A stretch of 64,000 bases of DNA from an uncultured beta proteobacterium (GCA_963828045.1 CAWHCM010000002.1:653709-717708), one strand, 5' to 3'. Counted from the stretch's first letter, positions 31,975 to 41,310 are shown. Numbers and translations are program-made. The notes: generated by a model not told the origin, from the sequence alone.

Positions 31975-32589
31975 TTAGTGGGGCTGGTGAGGATCCGGAC
32001 GGGCGGCGGCGGCCGGCACGCCCGCCGCATCCCTCAGCAGGTTGATCCGGCGCACGAAGTCCACCAGCACGCTGCCGGACCAGCCGAACGCGAACAGACC
32101 CGACATCGCGATGATCGGCGCCAGCATCCGCCATCCGTCGGGAAGGATGAACGCCCCATAGCCGACAGTCGTGTACGTGTTGCCGGCAAAGAAGCCCGCC
32201 GATCGCCAGTCCGGGATCAGGTTCGAATAGACGAGCGCCATCGTCCACAGGAGCATCTCGACCGTGTGCAACGCCAGCAGCATGAAGACGATGCTTCCCA
32301 TCAGGAGGTCCGCGCGCCAGCGCGACGGGCGCTGCATGATGGCCTGCGAGCGCCGCGTGACGTGCGTGGTCACCGTCCGCACGCCCGCGGCATGCACGAG
32401 GATGATGAGGACCATAACCGCCCCACCGAAGAAAAGGTCGGCCGCCGGCATGAACTGAGACAAGTGCTGGAACACCGGCAGCTGCTCGACGTCCGCGGCG
32501 CCGCGCTCGAGCGTTCCCGGAATTTGCTGGAACGCGTCGGGCGAAGGCGCGGCCGTTGCGGTGGCGAGCAGGATCGAAGGGTTGTCCAC
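31975..32589 (-). CDS. 2-TM potassium channel family protein
   Basis: TTVGYG filter flanked by hydrophobic helices; start uncertain. Confidence 0.8.
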   Translation of the reverse strand: MDNPSILLATATAAPSPDAFQQIPGTLERGAADVEQLPVFQHLSQFMPAADLFFGGAVMVLIILVHAAGVRTVTTHVTRRSQAIMQRPSRWRADLLMGSIVFMLLALHTVEMLLWTMALVYSNLIPDWRSAGFFAGNTYTTVGYGAFILPDGWRMLAPIIAMSGLFAFGWSGSVLVDFVRRINLLRDAAGVPAAAARPDPHQPH

Positions 32590-32602
32590 GGCGAAAGGGG
32601 GT

Positions 32603-32679
32603 TGGTACGCCCGACAGGATTCGAACCTGTTACCCCCGGCTTAGAAGGCCGGTGCTCTATCCAAATGAGCTACGGGCGC
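32603..32679 (-). tRNA. tRNA-Arg (UCU)
   Basis: GCGCCCGTAGCTCATTTGGATAGAGCACCGGCCT-TCT-AAGCCGGGGGTAACAGGTTCGAATCCTGTCGGGCGTACCA, 77 nt cloverleaf. Confidence 0.97.
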
Positions 32680-32717
32680 GGAATTCGAAATATTATCCGG
32701 ATTTTCGGGAGCAAGCG

Positions 32718-33125
32718 ATGCAGATTTCGGCGATCCGCGACCGCACGGGCAAGATGCGGCATCTGGTCCACGTGCGCCGGCACGTCTTGACGGCCGACGA
32801 ATCGGAGGCACAGGGAGGCGAGGACTCCGGCCCCTCGCCGCACGACCTGTTCGACGCGTCGCTTGCCGCGTGCAAGGCGCTCACGGTGCTGTGGTACGCC
32901 AAGCGCAAGCTGATTCCCGTCGAGGACATCCGCGTGGACGTCGAACGCGACGACGCCGACGAGCGCGCCGGCGTCTATCGCTTGCGCGCGACGCTCACCT
33001 TGACAGGCGCACTCAGCGACTCGCAGCGGCAGGAGTTGCGGAACGTCGCCGGCAAGTGTCCGGTACATAAACTCATGACGCAGGCCACGATCGAGATTGT
33101 CACCGAACTCGCCCCGTTGGCCTAG
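32718..33125 (+). CDS. OsmC family protein
   Basis: GGEDSGPSPHDL, LAAC and KCPVHK motifs; ATG at 32718. Confidence 0.9.
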   Translation: MQISAIRDRTGKMRHLVHVRRHVLTADESEAQGGEDSGPSPHDLFDASLAACKALTVLWYAKRKLIPVEDIRVDVERDDADERAGVYRLRATLTLTGALSDSQRQELRNVAGKCPVHKLMTQATIEIVTELAPLA

Positions 33126-33134
33126 GAGCCTGCC

Positions 33135-34005
33135 ATGCCCGTCATCGATCAACTGCACCCGCGCGACAAGGACCTGGGCGGTGGCTTCACGGTTCGCCGC
33201 CTGCTGCCCGAATTCGAGCAGGCAAGCCGTCGGACCTTTCGTGTTCTTCGACCATTTCGGCCCCGTCACCACGCGGCCCGGCGACAACCACGATGTGCGG
33301 CCGCATCCGCACATCGGCCTCTCGACCGTCACCTATCTTTTCGAGGGCGCGATGATGCACCGGGACACGCTGGGCTCGGTGCAGCGGATCGAGCCCGGCG
33401 CGATCAACTGGATGACGGCGGGCCGCGGCATCGTCCATTCGGAGCGGGCGCCGGAGGACCTGCGAGGCACGACGCACGTCGCGCACGGCCTGCAGCTCTG
33501 GGCTGCGCTGCCGAAGGCCTTCGAGGAATCGGCGCCCCACTTCCTGCACACGCCGGCGTCGGCCATTCCTGCCTTTCCGCAGCCCGGGGTGACCGTCCGC
33601 GTGCTGATCGGCGATGCGTTCGGCGTGCGATCGCCGGTCGCAACGTTTGCGCCGACGCTCTATCTCGATCTCGCGTTGGCGCCGGGCGCTTCCTTGTCGT
33701 TGCCTGCTGATGCAAGCAAATTCGAGCGCGCGATCTACAGCGTCGACCATCCGCTGGTCCTCGACGGCACCGATATTCCCGCGTTCACGATGGCCGTGCT
33801 GGCGCCCCGCGAAACGGTGACGATCGTGGCGCCTCGCGGTGCACGGTGCGTGGTCATCGGCGGCGCGCCGCTCGACGGCCCGCGCTTCATCTGGTGGAAC
33901 TTCGTGTCTTCCAGCAGGGAGCGCATCGAGCGGGCCAAGGAAGACTGGTCCACGCAGCGCATGGGGCAGATTGCGGGCGAGCACGAGTGGATACCGCTTC
34001 CGTAG
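33135..34005 (+). CDS. pirin family protein (+1 frameshift near 33208)
   Basis: DLGGGFTVRRLLP then, in the next frame, VGPFVFFDHFGP, PHPHIG, WMTAGRGIVHSE, LQLW and WWNFVSS. Confidence 0.9.
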
Positions 34006-34146
34006 CCGCATTCTTTGGGCCGATAGGCACTCCCTCCTCGATTCCTACGTCGGAATCGGCCTCTGTCCGAATTCCCGAGCGTATTCCACGGCGCACGATG
34101 CCGAATGGATCGCGTGCGGCATCATTGAACTGAAGAGGAAGCGCTG

Positions 34147-34701
34147 ATGCAGAATCCCGCTGACCCCGATGAATCGCGGCGCACCGCCGCGCTGGCGCTT
34201 TGGCGCTATGGACACGATTACCTGAAGGCCGCGCAGAAGCTGTCCGAGAGCGATCGGGTCACCTGCGACGAATCGCAGGCGCTCCACCATTTGGCGGCCC
34301 AGGGCGTCGAATTCGCGCTCAAGTCGTTCCTGCGCGCGCAGGGTGTCCCGCATGCCGACATAAACACGCGGATCGGACACTCGCTCTTGGACGCCCTGCA
34401 GGAATCGCTCGCGCGAGGCATGCCGTCACCGCCGATCGACGCGATGCGCGCCATCCAGGACATCGCCCCCTACTTTCGCAACGACCAGTTCCGCTACATG
34501 CCGGCGGAACATGGGAACTTTCCCGATCTCACGCCGCTGCTCGCGGCCGGGATCTGGATCCTGTCGAACGTGGCCGAAATTGCGGTGGCCGACTACTACG
34601 TCTATTACGGTCGCGGTTCCGCCGCCGACGAAGGCGCGATGCTCCGTCGCCTGCGCGCCGATCTGGATGTCACCGCGAGCAAGATTCCGCGGTTGCAGTG
34701 A
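34147..34701 (+). CDS. HEPN-domain-like protein
   Basis: YLKAA..L, AQGVEFALKSFL, GHSL and FRY match the HEPN pattern; no adjacent nucleotidyltransferase. Confidence 0.55.
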   Translation: MQNPADPDESRRTAALALWRYGHDYLKAAQKLSESDRVTCDESQALHHLAAQGVEFALKSFLRAQGVPHADINTRIGHSLLDALQESLARGMPSPPIDAMRAIQDIAPYFRNDQFRYMPAEHGNFPDLTPLLAAGIWILSNVAEIAVADYYVYYGRGSAADEGAMLRRLRADLDVTASKIPRLQ

Positions 34702-34729
34702 TAGTCGGCATCGTTTGACGCTGCGCCCG

Positions 34730-35179
34730 TCAGTTTGGCGCCATCCCTTTGTCCGTGAGTTCTTTGATGGCTGTCGCGTTCTTGGACAGGTGCGCCAGTC
34801 CCATACCGCGCAATACATTTGGCGATTTGGTGAACTGAATGTTGTCATAGCCGACGATCTCGATGCGGTTGCCCCAGGGGTCGCGAAAGTCGAGAAACGG
34901 TCCAGGAAGCACTTGAACGCCGGCGGCGATCAGCGCTTCGCGAGCTCTCTCCTTGCTATCGACGACAAGACCCAAATGACGTCCATCGTCGGCTGACTGC
35001 GTGCGGCCTCTCTGGAGCGCGAGAAACTGGTCTCCGAGGTCGATGAAGGCCATGGAGTCGCTCTTGCTGCGAAGCTCGAACTCGAACAATCGCCCGTAGA
35101 AGGCAAGCGCCTCCTCGATGTCGCCGACTTCGAGGGCGATGTGATTGAAACCGACCATGCGCGCTCTTCCTTCAGACAT
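34730..35179 (-). CDS. VOC/glyoxalase family protein
   Basis: FNHIALEVGDIEEALAFY, HLGLVVD and FRDPWGNRIEIV motifs. Confidence 0.88.
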   Translation of the reverse strand: MSEGRARMVGFNHIALEVGDIEEALAFYGRLFEFELRSKSDSMAFIDLGDQFLALQRGRTQSADDGRHLGLVVDSKERAREALIAAGVQVLPGPFLDFRDPWGNRIEIVGYDNIQFTKSPNVLRGMGLAHLSKNATAIKELTDKGMAPN

Positions 35180-35310
35180 GAATTCCTCCTGTACGCCGAA
35201 AGGAACCGCCGGGCGTTAACCGGGCTCGATGTGTGTCGCGCCTGGTATCCAAGCCGCAATGGCGACCGAGGACATGGGTAGCCATTCACCCAGCAAGGCG
35301 GCTGCAAGCC

Positions 35311-35787
35311 TCATGCCTCGTCCACCCAGTAGTCCACGCCGTCACCCGCGCGGGTCATGTGACGCAGACCGCCGCCGAAAGCGCCGATCTTTCTCGAATC
35401 GGGGTATTCGCAGACTTCTGCCGGTAACATCGTGCTGACGGACAGATAAGCGAGCTCGGCCTCGGAGTCGTTTACGATCTGGTGCGCCGTTTCCGGGCCT
35501 CCCGTAGGGCAGCAGATCACGTCACCCGCCCGGATTTTCCTTGTCTCGTCGCCGTAGCGCAGCGTGCCGCGGCCCTTCAAGATAAGGAACATCTCCTCTT
35601 CTCCGCGGTGACTGTGGAAGGGGCAGGAGCGTTTCCCTGGCGGGACGACATCGTAGGAATAGCCGAGTTCTTTCGCCCCGAGCAGCGGCGCGATGCGCAC
35701 GGCATCGCACTCGAATTTGTCGCCCTGTGCGAAATGCTCGAGCTTCAATTCATCGATGTTGACGACCCTTGAATCGATCATGCCCAT
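35311..35787 (-). CDS. cupin domain protein
   Basis: PFHSHRGEEE and AHQIVN motifs, EYPDS. Confidence 0.88.
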   Translation of the reverse strand: MGMIDSRVVNIDELKLEHFAQGDKFECDAVRIAPLLGAKELGYSYDVVPPGKRSCPFHSHRGEEEMFLILKGRGTLRYGDETRKIRAGDVICCPTGGPETAHQIVNDSEAELAYLSVSTMLPAEVCEYPDSRKIGAFGGGLRHMTRAGDGVDYWVDEA

Positions 35788-36050
35788 GGTCGAACTCTCC
35801 GTCAATGATAGGAAAGAAGCCTCGGGTCGAGCCGCGCCGGGGGATGCGTCTAACGGGTAATCGACTTGCGCCGATGGATAGATTGACGCAGATCCGTCGC
35901 GGCGCCGCCCCGGATAGATCGGCGCGTGTCCGTGCGGATTCCGTGTCGCCTCGCGCGAGCGACGACGGTGTGAACGTGTCTCCGCGCCATCATGCGGAAC
36001 AATTGCGCCGTCACCAACGCAGGCAGAATCCCCGACGTCAACTGAGTGCG

Positions 36051-36455
36051 CTAATCCTGACGGGTACCCGACTTACCCCGGAGGCGCTTCGGTTTGGACT
36101 TGGACGAAGATCTCACGTTCTTGACGACCCCGGCAATTGCGCCCACCGCAGCTCCCACGGCAGGGCCGATTACCGGCAGGGGCATTGCCGCCAGAGCGCC
36201 AATGCCGGCACCGGCTGCCGCGTCCTTGACCATGTCGTGCTTCCCGGCTTTCTTCAGGAATGTTCCAGCATCATCTGCCGCCTTCGATGCGAAGACCTTG
36301 GCCTTTGCGGCGGCGATCCGCGCATCTTCGTGATCGACTTTGCCGTCGTCGTTCAGATCGCCGACAACGACGGCCGCCTCGCCCAGCTTCTTCCCCGCAT
36401 GCTTGGCGGCCCTTGCGACCTTGCCGCCCGCAGTCTTGATGCGTTGCCTGGTCAT
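36051..36455 (-). CDS. small basic protein with an EF-hand-like loop and a glycine zipper
   Basis: GDLNDDGKVDHED; GAGIGA..GPAVGAAVGAIAG; AGGAG SD upstream. Confidence 0.65.
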   Translation of the reverse strand: MTRQRIKTAGGKVARAAKHAGKKLGEAAVVVGDLNDDGKVDHEDARIAAAKAKVFASKAADDAGTFLKKAGKHDMVKDAAAGAGIGALAAMPLPVIGPAVGAAVGAIAGVVKNVRSSSKSKPKRLRGKSGTRQD

Positions 36456-36528
36456 AAATCACTCCTTCTCGACTGGAGCCAGAACGCAGACGCCGGCGCC
36501 CCCGCCGAGCCACGTTCCGCCGAGTCGC

Positions 36529-36944
36529 TCAATTGTCCTTTCTGAGCTTCGCCAGCCAGTGCTCCATCTGCCGGTCCGCAGCCTCTCGCCCGCCGAGTCC
36601 GAACGACAACGCGACAGCCACGGCGACGGCCCCGAAGTCCAGCAGGAACGCGAGGTTCACGATGTCGTCAGCGACGCCCATCGCGCGCAGCCCCATCGCG
36701 GTGACCAGTCCGAGAATGGCAACCCGCGCGATGCCCGGCCACGCTCTTGCGCATCGGCTGCATGCCGGCGTTGGCCGAGAGTTTTTCGTCCAGGCCGCTC
36801 GCATCGAGCACACGGTTGACAATGGGCCCGCACCGATACGGCGACGATCCAGCCGACGATGAGTATCGCGATTGCACCGAGGATGCGAGGCAGTTCCGCA
36901 CCCATTGCGTTTCCCAACGAATTGCCTATTGCCGAGAAGTCCAT
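36529..36944 (-). pseudogene. internally deleted remnant of a TM-helix-repeat (CmpX / mechanosensitive-channel-like) membrane protein
   Basis: Three short segments in three frames: LPRILGAIAILIVGWIVA / RVLDASGLDEKL / GLRAMGVADDIVNLAF..ALSFGLGGREAA. Confidence 0.7.
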
Positions 36945-37054
36945 GATGCCTGCCCTGCGTGAATGTCGGTAAGGCTAATCCTCCAAACGTGTCGCCGGCT
37001 GTGCGTTTCAGTGAAGTTTTCGCCGCGGCGGCCGCCTGCGTCGCCGGACAGCAA

Positions 37055-37627
37055 TCAATACGGTGGACTGACCACGACGAACTGCGACCCCTGCGGGGCA
37101 TACCAGGTGCCGCCGCATTGCTGGTAGACCATGCCGCCGTAATTCACCGGCGCGCAGCCTGGCGGGACGGTCTGCACCATCGACCCGATGACCGCCGACG
37201 TTACGGCAACCGCCGCCCCGACCGCCGCCGCGGTAGCCACCGGGTGATAGTCGTTGTCCCAACCGTTGTTGCAGCAATTGTTGTTGCCGCTCACGTTCAC
37301 ATTGGTGTTGCGGTTCACGTTGACGTTGTTGACGTTGTTGACGTTGTTGACGCTGGTGTTCCGGACGTTGTTGGTGCGCGCGTCGGCTTTGCTGTTGTTC
37401 ACCTGCGCGTTCTGCCGGGCGCCACCGCCCGCCTGCGCCCCGCCGGCGGCACGAGCGCCGCCGCCACCGCCCCCGGCGGCCGCGGCACGACCACCACCGC
37501 CGCCACCGCCGCCGCCACCACCGCCCCGACCGCCGCCGGCGGCATCGACATCGGAAGCCATGGCCATGCCGGCCAAGGCGAGGACGGCCACCGTGGCCGC
37601 GGGCAATCTTCCGAATGATTTCTTCAT
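37055..37627 (-). CDS. secreted Gly-rich / Asn-Val-rich low-complexity protein
   Basis: Signal peptide, poly-Gly tract, NNVNNVNNVNVN tract, C-terminal PPGC..YQQCGGTWY domain. Confidence 0.8.
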   Translation of the reverse strand: MKKSFGRLPAATVAVLALAGMAMASDVDAAGGGRGGGGGGGGGGGGRAAAAGGGGGGARAAGGAQAGGGARQNAQVNNSKADARTNNVRNTSVNNVNNVNNVNVNRNTNVNVSGNNNCCNNGWDNDYHPVATAAAVGAAVAVTSAVIGSMVQTVPPGCAPVNYGGMVYQQCGGTWYAPQGSQFVVVSPPY

Positions 37628-37642
37628 GATGGCGCTCCTCTG

Positions 37643-38410
37643 CTAGGACTTCCGCGGAACGATCTCGATCTTGGTCGCACCCTTGGGCGGCGTGAACTTG
37701 AACACCGAATCCTTGAAGGTCGGCTTCAGGTTCCATTCGATCAGGGAAACCGACTGCGGACGTTCGTCGTCGTTGCGGTTGGTGATGACGACCTTGCGCG
37801 GCAGCGGCTTGCCGCCGGTCGCGATCCAGATCTGCCAGTCGATCTTGCCCTGGCGGAACGCGTAGTGGTCACAGATTTCGCCGCCGATGAAATCCTGTCC
37901 GGCATTCATCGCCGACTCGATCTTGTCGAGCGGCGCGTCCGGGGTGCCGAAGAGGAAGAGATCCGACAAGGGCATCTCGACGCCATATCTCTGCTCGAGC
38001 TTGTCGATCAGCCCGCGGATCGATTCAGTAAATTCCACCGTCGAGTAGTATTTCTGCGCGGGCGTATAGAGAGTGACCGTCTTGCCGTCGTAGATGATTT
38101 CTCGCGCGGAACGAACGGTTTGCATCAGCGCCCGAATCTTGTTCGGGCGCTCGACATCCATCTTCGCGGTCGCCGAGTGCTGTAGCTTCTGTCCATCGGC
38201 CAGGACGCGCTCGCCGGTCACCTCGGTCGCCACGTGGAAGCGTTTCAGCGACTGCAGGAACGCCCCCATGTCCTTGAGGGCCTGAATCGACGCCGGGTCG
38301 ACCGCAATCGCTGGAGGCGGGGCGGCGCCGGCAGCCGGCGTCTGCGCATGGGCGCCCGGTGCGGCGATGGACATCGCCAGCAGGCCGAGCACAAGAAACG
38401 TTCTTAGCAT
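37643..38410 (-). CDS. DUF2092 family periplasmic protein
   Basis: Signal peptide; ALKDMGAFL, RPNKI, YDGKTVTLY, PLSDLF, IDWQIWI and PLPRKVVIT motifs. Confidence 0.85.
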   Translation of the reverse strand: MLRTFLVLGLLAMSIAAPGAHAQTPAAGAAPPPAIAVDPASIQALKDMGAFLQSLKRFHVATEVTGERVLADGQKLQHSATAKMDVERPNKIRALMQTVRSAREIIYDGKTVTLYTPAQKYYSTVEFTESIRGLIDKLEQRYGVEMPLSDLFLFGTPDAPLDKIESAMNAGQDFIGGEICDHYAFRQGKIDWQIWIATGGKPLPRKVVITNRNDDERPQSVSLIEWNLKPTFKDSVFKFTPPKGATKIEIVPRKS

Positions 38411-38526
38411 GGCTTCCTCCAAAGTGATTGCACCGGCCATTCAGGCAGCATACTACCTCCGCCCCCCCACGAACTCCCCGGCAGAGTCAACAGCAACACA
38501 TTTAACGCTCGCGCTTCCGGTGTGTA

Positions 38527-38540
38527 TTGACCGGTGTCAA
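38527..38540. promoter_or_regulatory. FNR/CRP-family-type palindrome TTGAC-N4-GTCAA
   Basis: TTGACCGGTGTCAA in the divergent intergenic region; a weaker copy, TTGACCCAGGACAA, lies at 38593-38606. Confidence 0.55.
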
Positions 38541-38750
38541 GAATCAACTTGACGGGCGGCCATCGGCCCGCGGGCACTGCGAATACCCCGCTTTGACCCA
38601 GGACAACCATTCCCCAGGGTGCTTCTTGACATCGGGGCACTGGAAGTTGAAAGTCATGAGCGGCGCTGGGTTGGGACGGCATAGAGCTTGCGCTCATTAC
38701 CGTACTCGAAATGGGCGTCCGTGCAGGCAAACCAACTTCAGGGGATGAAA

Positions 38751-39224
38751 ATGATGCGCAACATTTCGCTTGGTACGATCGCCGCGGCGGCGCTGCTGGC
38801 TGTCGCGGCACCGCAATCCACGCAGGCGCAAGGCATGGCGCCCAAGGTGGCACCGTGCGCCCTTGCGTGGTGTCCGGTCCTGGTCGAGGTCGTGAAGAAC
38901 GTCTCCGGCGCCGACGTGGTGTGGGTTTCGTTCGATCAAATACGGCTGGCGCCGAAGTACGGAGGTGCAACGATCATCTGGCAGCTCGTGGGCAGCCCCG
39001 ACTATGAGTTTCGCGTCGACAGCGTCACCGCCAAGGGAAGCAATGCGGCAATGGCGCCCGCGCAGTTTCCGCTGCGGCTCATCTCGCCAACCCAGTACGC
39101 GTACGATGACCACAACAGCAACTCGCAGACGTTCGAATACGAGCTTCGCGTCTACAAGAAGGGCGCGCCGTCTGGTTCGGCGCCTCTGATGTCGACCGGA
39201 TCCGTCGCGAACGCCGGCGGCTGA
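38751..39224 (+). CDS. small secreted beta-rich hypothetical protein
   Basis: Signal peptide; C-x3-C pair; IIWQL..YEF..DDHN..FEYELRV. Confidence 0.65.
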   Translation: MMRNISLGTIAAAALLAVAAPQSTQAQGMAPKVAPCALAWCPVLVEVVKNVSGADVVWVSFDQIRLAPKYGGATIIWQLVGSPDYEFRVDSVTAKGSNAAMAPAQFPLRLISPTQYAYDDHNSNSQTFEYELRVYKKGAPSGSAPLMSTGSVANAGG

Positions 39225-39367
39225 GTCTCCACAGTTTCGCCGCCCGGACCGCGGGCGGCTTCCCGGGCCGGCGCAGCGGCCACGTGGCTGCGCCGGGTCC
39301 GCGGAGATGGGCGCTCGCTTCGTTTTGGCGCGGGCTTGCCGGCCGACATGCATAAAGGGGAAGAATC

Positions 39368-39928
39368 ATGAATCGTCGCATGATGGTCTTCGCGATGGCT
39401 CTTACGCTGGCCGCGCCCGGCATCGCGCTCGGAGCCGACAAGGCGAAGGAGCAGGCGGAGGTGCGCAAGGCGGGGCAGGACGCGCTCGCTGCGGTGTACG
39501 CCGCGGCACCCTCGGCGCGCAAAGCGGTCGAGTCCGCGGCAGGTTATGCCGCGTTCAGCAACTTCGGCATGAAGATCCTTGTCGCCGGAGGCGGTTCGGG
39601 CAAGGGCATCGCGGTCAACAACAAGACGAAGGCGATGACGTACATGAAGATGGCCGAAATTCAGGCCGGCCTGGGCTTCGGGGCCAAGAAGTTCCAGGTG
39701 GTCTGGGTGTTCGAAACCGACAAGGCGCTGAACGACTTCATCAACTCCGGCTGGGAGTTCGGCGGACAGGCGACCGCCGCGGCGAAAACCAGCGACAAAG
39801 GCTCCGCCTACCAGGGCGCGGTCGCGGTCGGGCCGGGGGTCTGGATCTACCAGGTCACCGAAAAGGGCCTGGCGCTCGAACTCACCGCCAAGGGAACCAA
39901 GTACTACAAGGACAGCGACCTGAACTGA
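39368..39928 (+). CDS. secreted YSC84/SYLF-like protein (paralog of 15364..15987)
   Basis: AAGYAAFSNFG, GGGSGKG, AGLGFG, GWEFGGQ and GTKYYKDSDLN, collinear with the first copy. Confidence 0.8.
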   Translation: MNRRMMVFAMALTLAAPGIALGADKAKEQAEVRKAGQDALAAVYAAAPSARKAVESAAGYAAFSNFGMKILVAGGGSGKGIAVNNKTKAMTYMKMAEIQAGLGFGAKKFQVVWVFETDKALNDFINSGWEFGGQATAAAKTSDKGSAYQGAVAVGPGVWIYQVTEKGLALELTAKGTKYYKDSDLN

Positions 39929-40017
39929 GTCACGCGGCGGCGACCGCGGCCAATTCGATGTTGGCCGGACCCCGCGGCCAATCGCGCGTTGCGCGGGGCT
40001 GATTGCCGACGCATTCG

Positions 40018-40094
<77 letters not shown>

Positions 40095-40203
40095 ACGATG
40101 CGCGAATTATGCCATTTCGGTGGATATCCCGGACAATTGCGTGGTCTGACAGTTCGCAAACCCGCTCCGCGCCGCCGTTTCGCCCCAACCCAGAAGGATT
40201 TCC

Positions 40204-40764
40204 ATGAGCACGACCCGCAACGTCGCCGTCTTCGTCGGCAGCCTTCGCAAGGACTCGCTCAACCGCAAGATGGCCGAGGCGCTGGTCGCGGTGGCGCCTG
40301 CCCCGCTCAAGCTCGCGATCCACGAAATCGGGCAACTTCCGCTCTACAACGCGGACTACGAGGCGGACCCGCCCGCCGTCGTCATCGACTTCAAGCAACG
40401 GCTTGCGGCCGCCGACGCGGTGCTCTTCGTGACTCCCGAATACAACCGGTCGGTTCCGGGCGCGCTGAAAAATGCCGTCGACGTCGGTTCGCGCCCGTAC
40501 GGCAAGAATTCATGGGGCGGAAAACCGGGCGCCATCGTCAGCGTCTCGCCGGGCGCCATCGGCGCGTTCGGCGCGAACCATGCGTTGCGGCAGTCGATGG
40601 TGTTCCTCAACGTTCCCGTCATGGCGCAGCCGGAGGCCTACATTGGCGGCGCGGCCGCGCTGTTCGACGACAAGGGCGCGCTGACCAACCAAGCCACGCG
40701 CGATTTCATGATGAAATTCCTGCAAGCGTTCGCGCAGTGGATCGAGCGCAACGCGCCCGGCTGA
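40204..40764 (+). CDS. NAD(P)H-dependent FMN reductase (ChrR/YieF type)
   Basis: GSLRKDSLN, TPEYNRS, LKNAVD and SPGAIG motifs. Confidence 0.9.
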   Translation: MSTTRNVAVFVGSLRKDSLNRKMAEALVAVAPAPLKLAIHEIGQLPLYNADYEADPPAVVIDFKQRLAAADAVLFVTPEYNRSVPGALKNAVDVGSRPYGKNSWGGKPGAIVSVSPGAIGAFGANHALRQSMVFLNVPVMAQPEAYIGGAAALFDDKGALTNQATRDFMMKFLQAFAQWIERNAPG

Positions 40765-40786
40765 AAGCCGTCGTCGCCGGGCCAAA

Positions 40787-41095
40787 TCACCGGGCAAACT
40801 TGCGGATTACCGTCAACGCTTCGTCCATCGCGCGATCGCCGTCTCCCGACCTGACCGCGTGCTGCACACAGCCGTGCAGGTGATGCTCCAGGAGCTGCAA
40901 CGCGAGCGCGTCGAGTGCCGACTGCACGGCGCTGACCTGCGTCAGCACGTCGATGCAGTATCTGTCGTCGACGATCATCTTCGCGATGCCGCGCACCTGC
41001 CCCTCGATGCGGTTGAGGCGTTTTTCCAGAGCCGCCTTGTCCGGCCGCGCGACCGCCGGATGCGCCGGCACGGCGGCACTACGCGGCGACGTCAT
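40787..41095 (-). CDS. csoR: CsoR-family copper-sensing repressor
   Basis: [19 protein letters not shown] and HLHGCV (Cys-His-Cys ligands). Confidence 0.9.
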   Translation of the reverse strand: MTSPRSAAVPAHPAVARPDKAALEKRLNRIEGQVRGIAKMIVDDRYCIDVLTQVSAVQSALDALALQLLEHHLHGCVQHAVRSGDGDRAMDEALTVIRKFAR

Positions 41096-41288
41096 AGCCG
41101 GCATCCTCGATCGCGGTGCGCAGCGCCGCAGCGCCGGTTCGCGCGGGATCGAACGACACCCTGGCCGCTCCCGGCTGCAGAGTCACCGCGACATCGCTGA
41201 CACCGGGTACGGCTTTCAGCACGCGCGTGACGCTGGCCACGCACCCGCCGCATGTCATGCCCTGCACGTTCAACGTGATCGTTTCCAT
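41079..41288 (-). CDS. copZ: copper chaperone (HMA domain)
   Basis: GMTCGGC motif; 69 aa. Confidence 0.9.
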   Translation of the reverse strand: METITLNVQGMTCGGCVASVTRVLKAVPGVSDVAVTLQPGAARVSFDPARTGAAALRTAIEDAGYDVAA

Positions 41289-41310
41289 CGCTTGAACTCC
41301 TTTGAAAAAA

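Noticed and set aside
35883-35896. FNR-like sequence TTGACGCAGATCCG upstream of the cupin gene
   Set aside because: The second half-site is poor and there is no -10 element at the expected distance.
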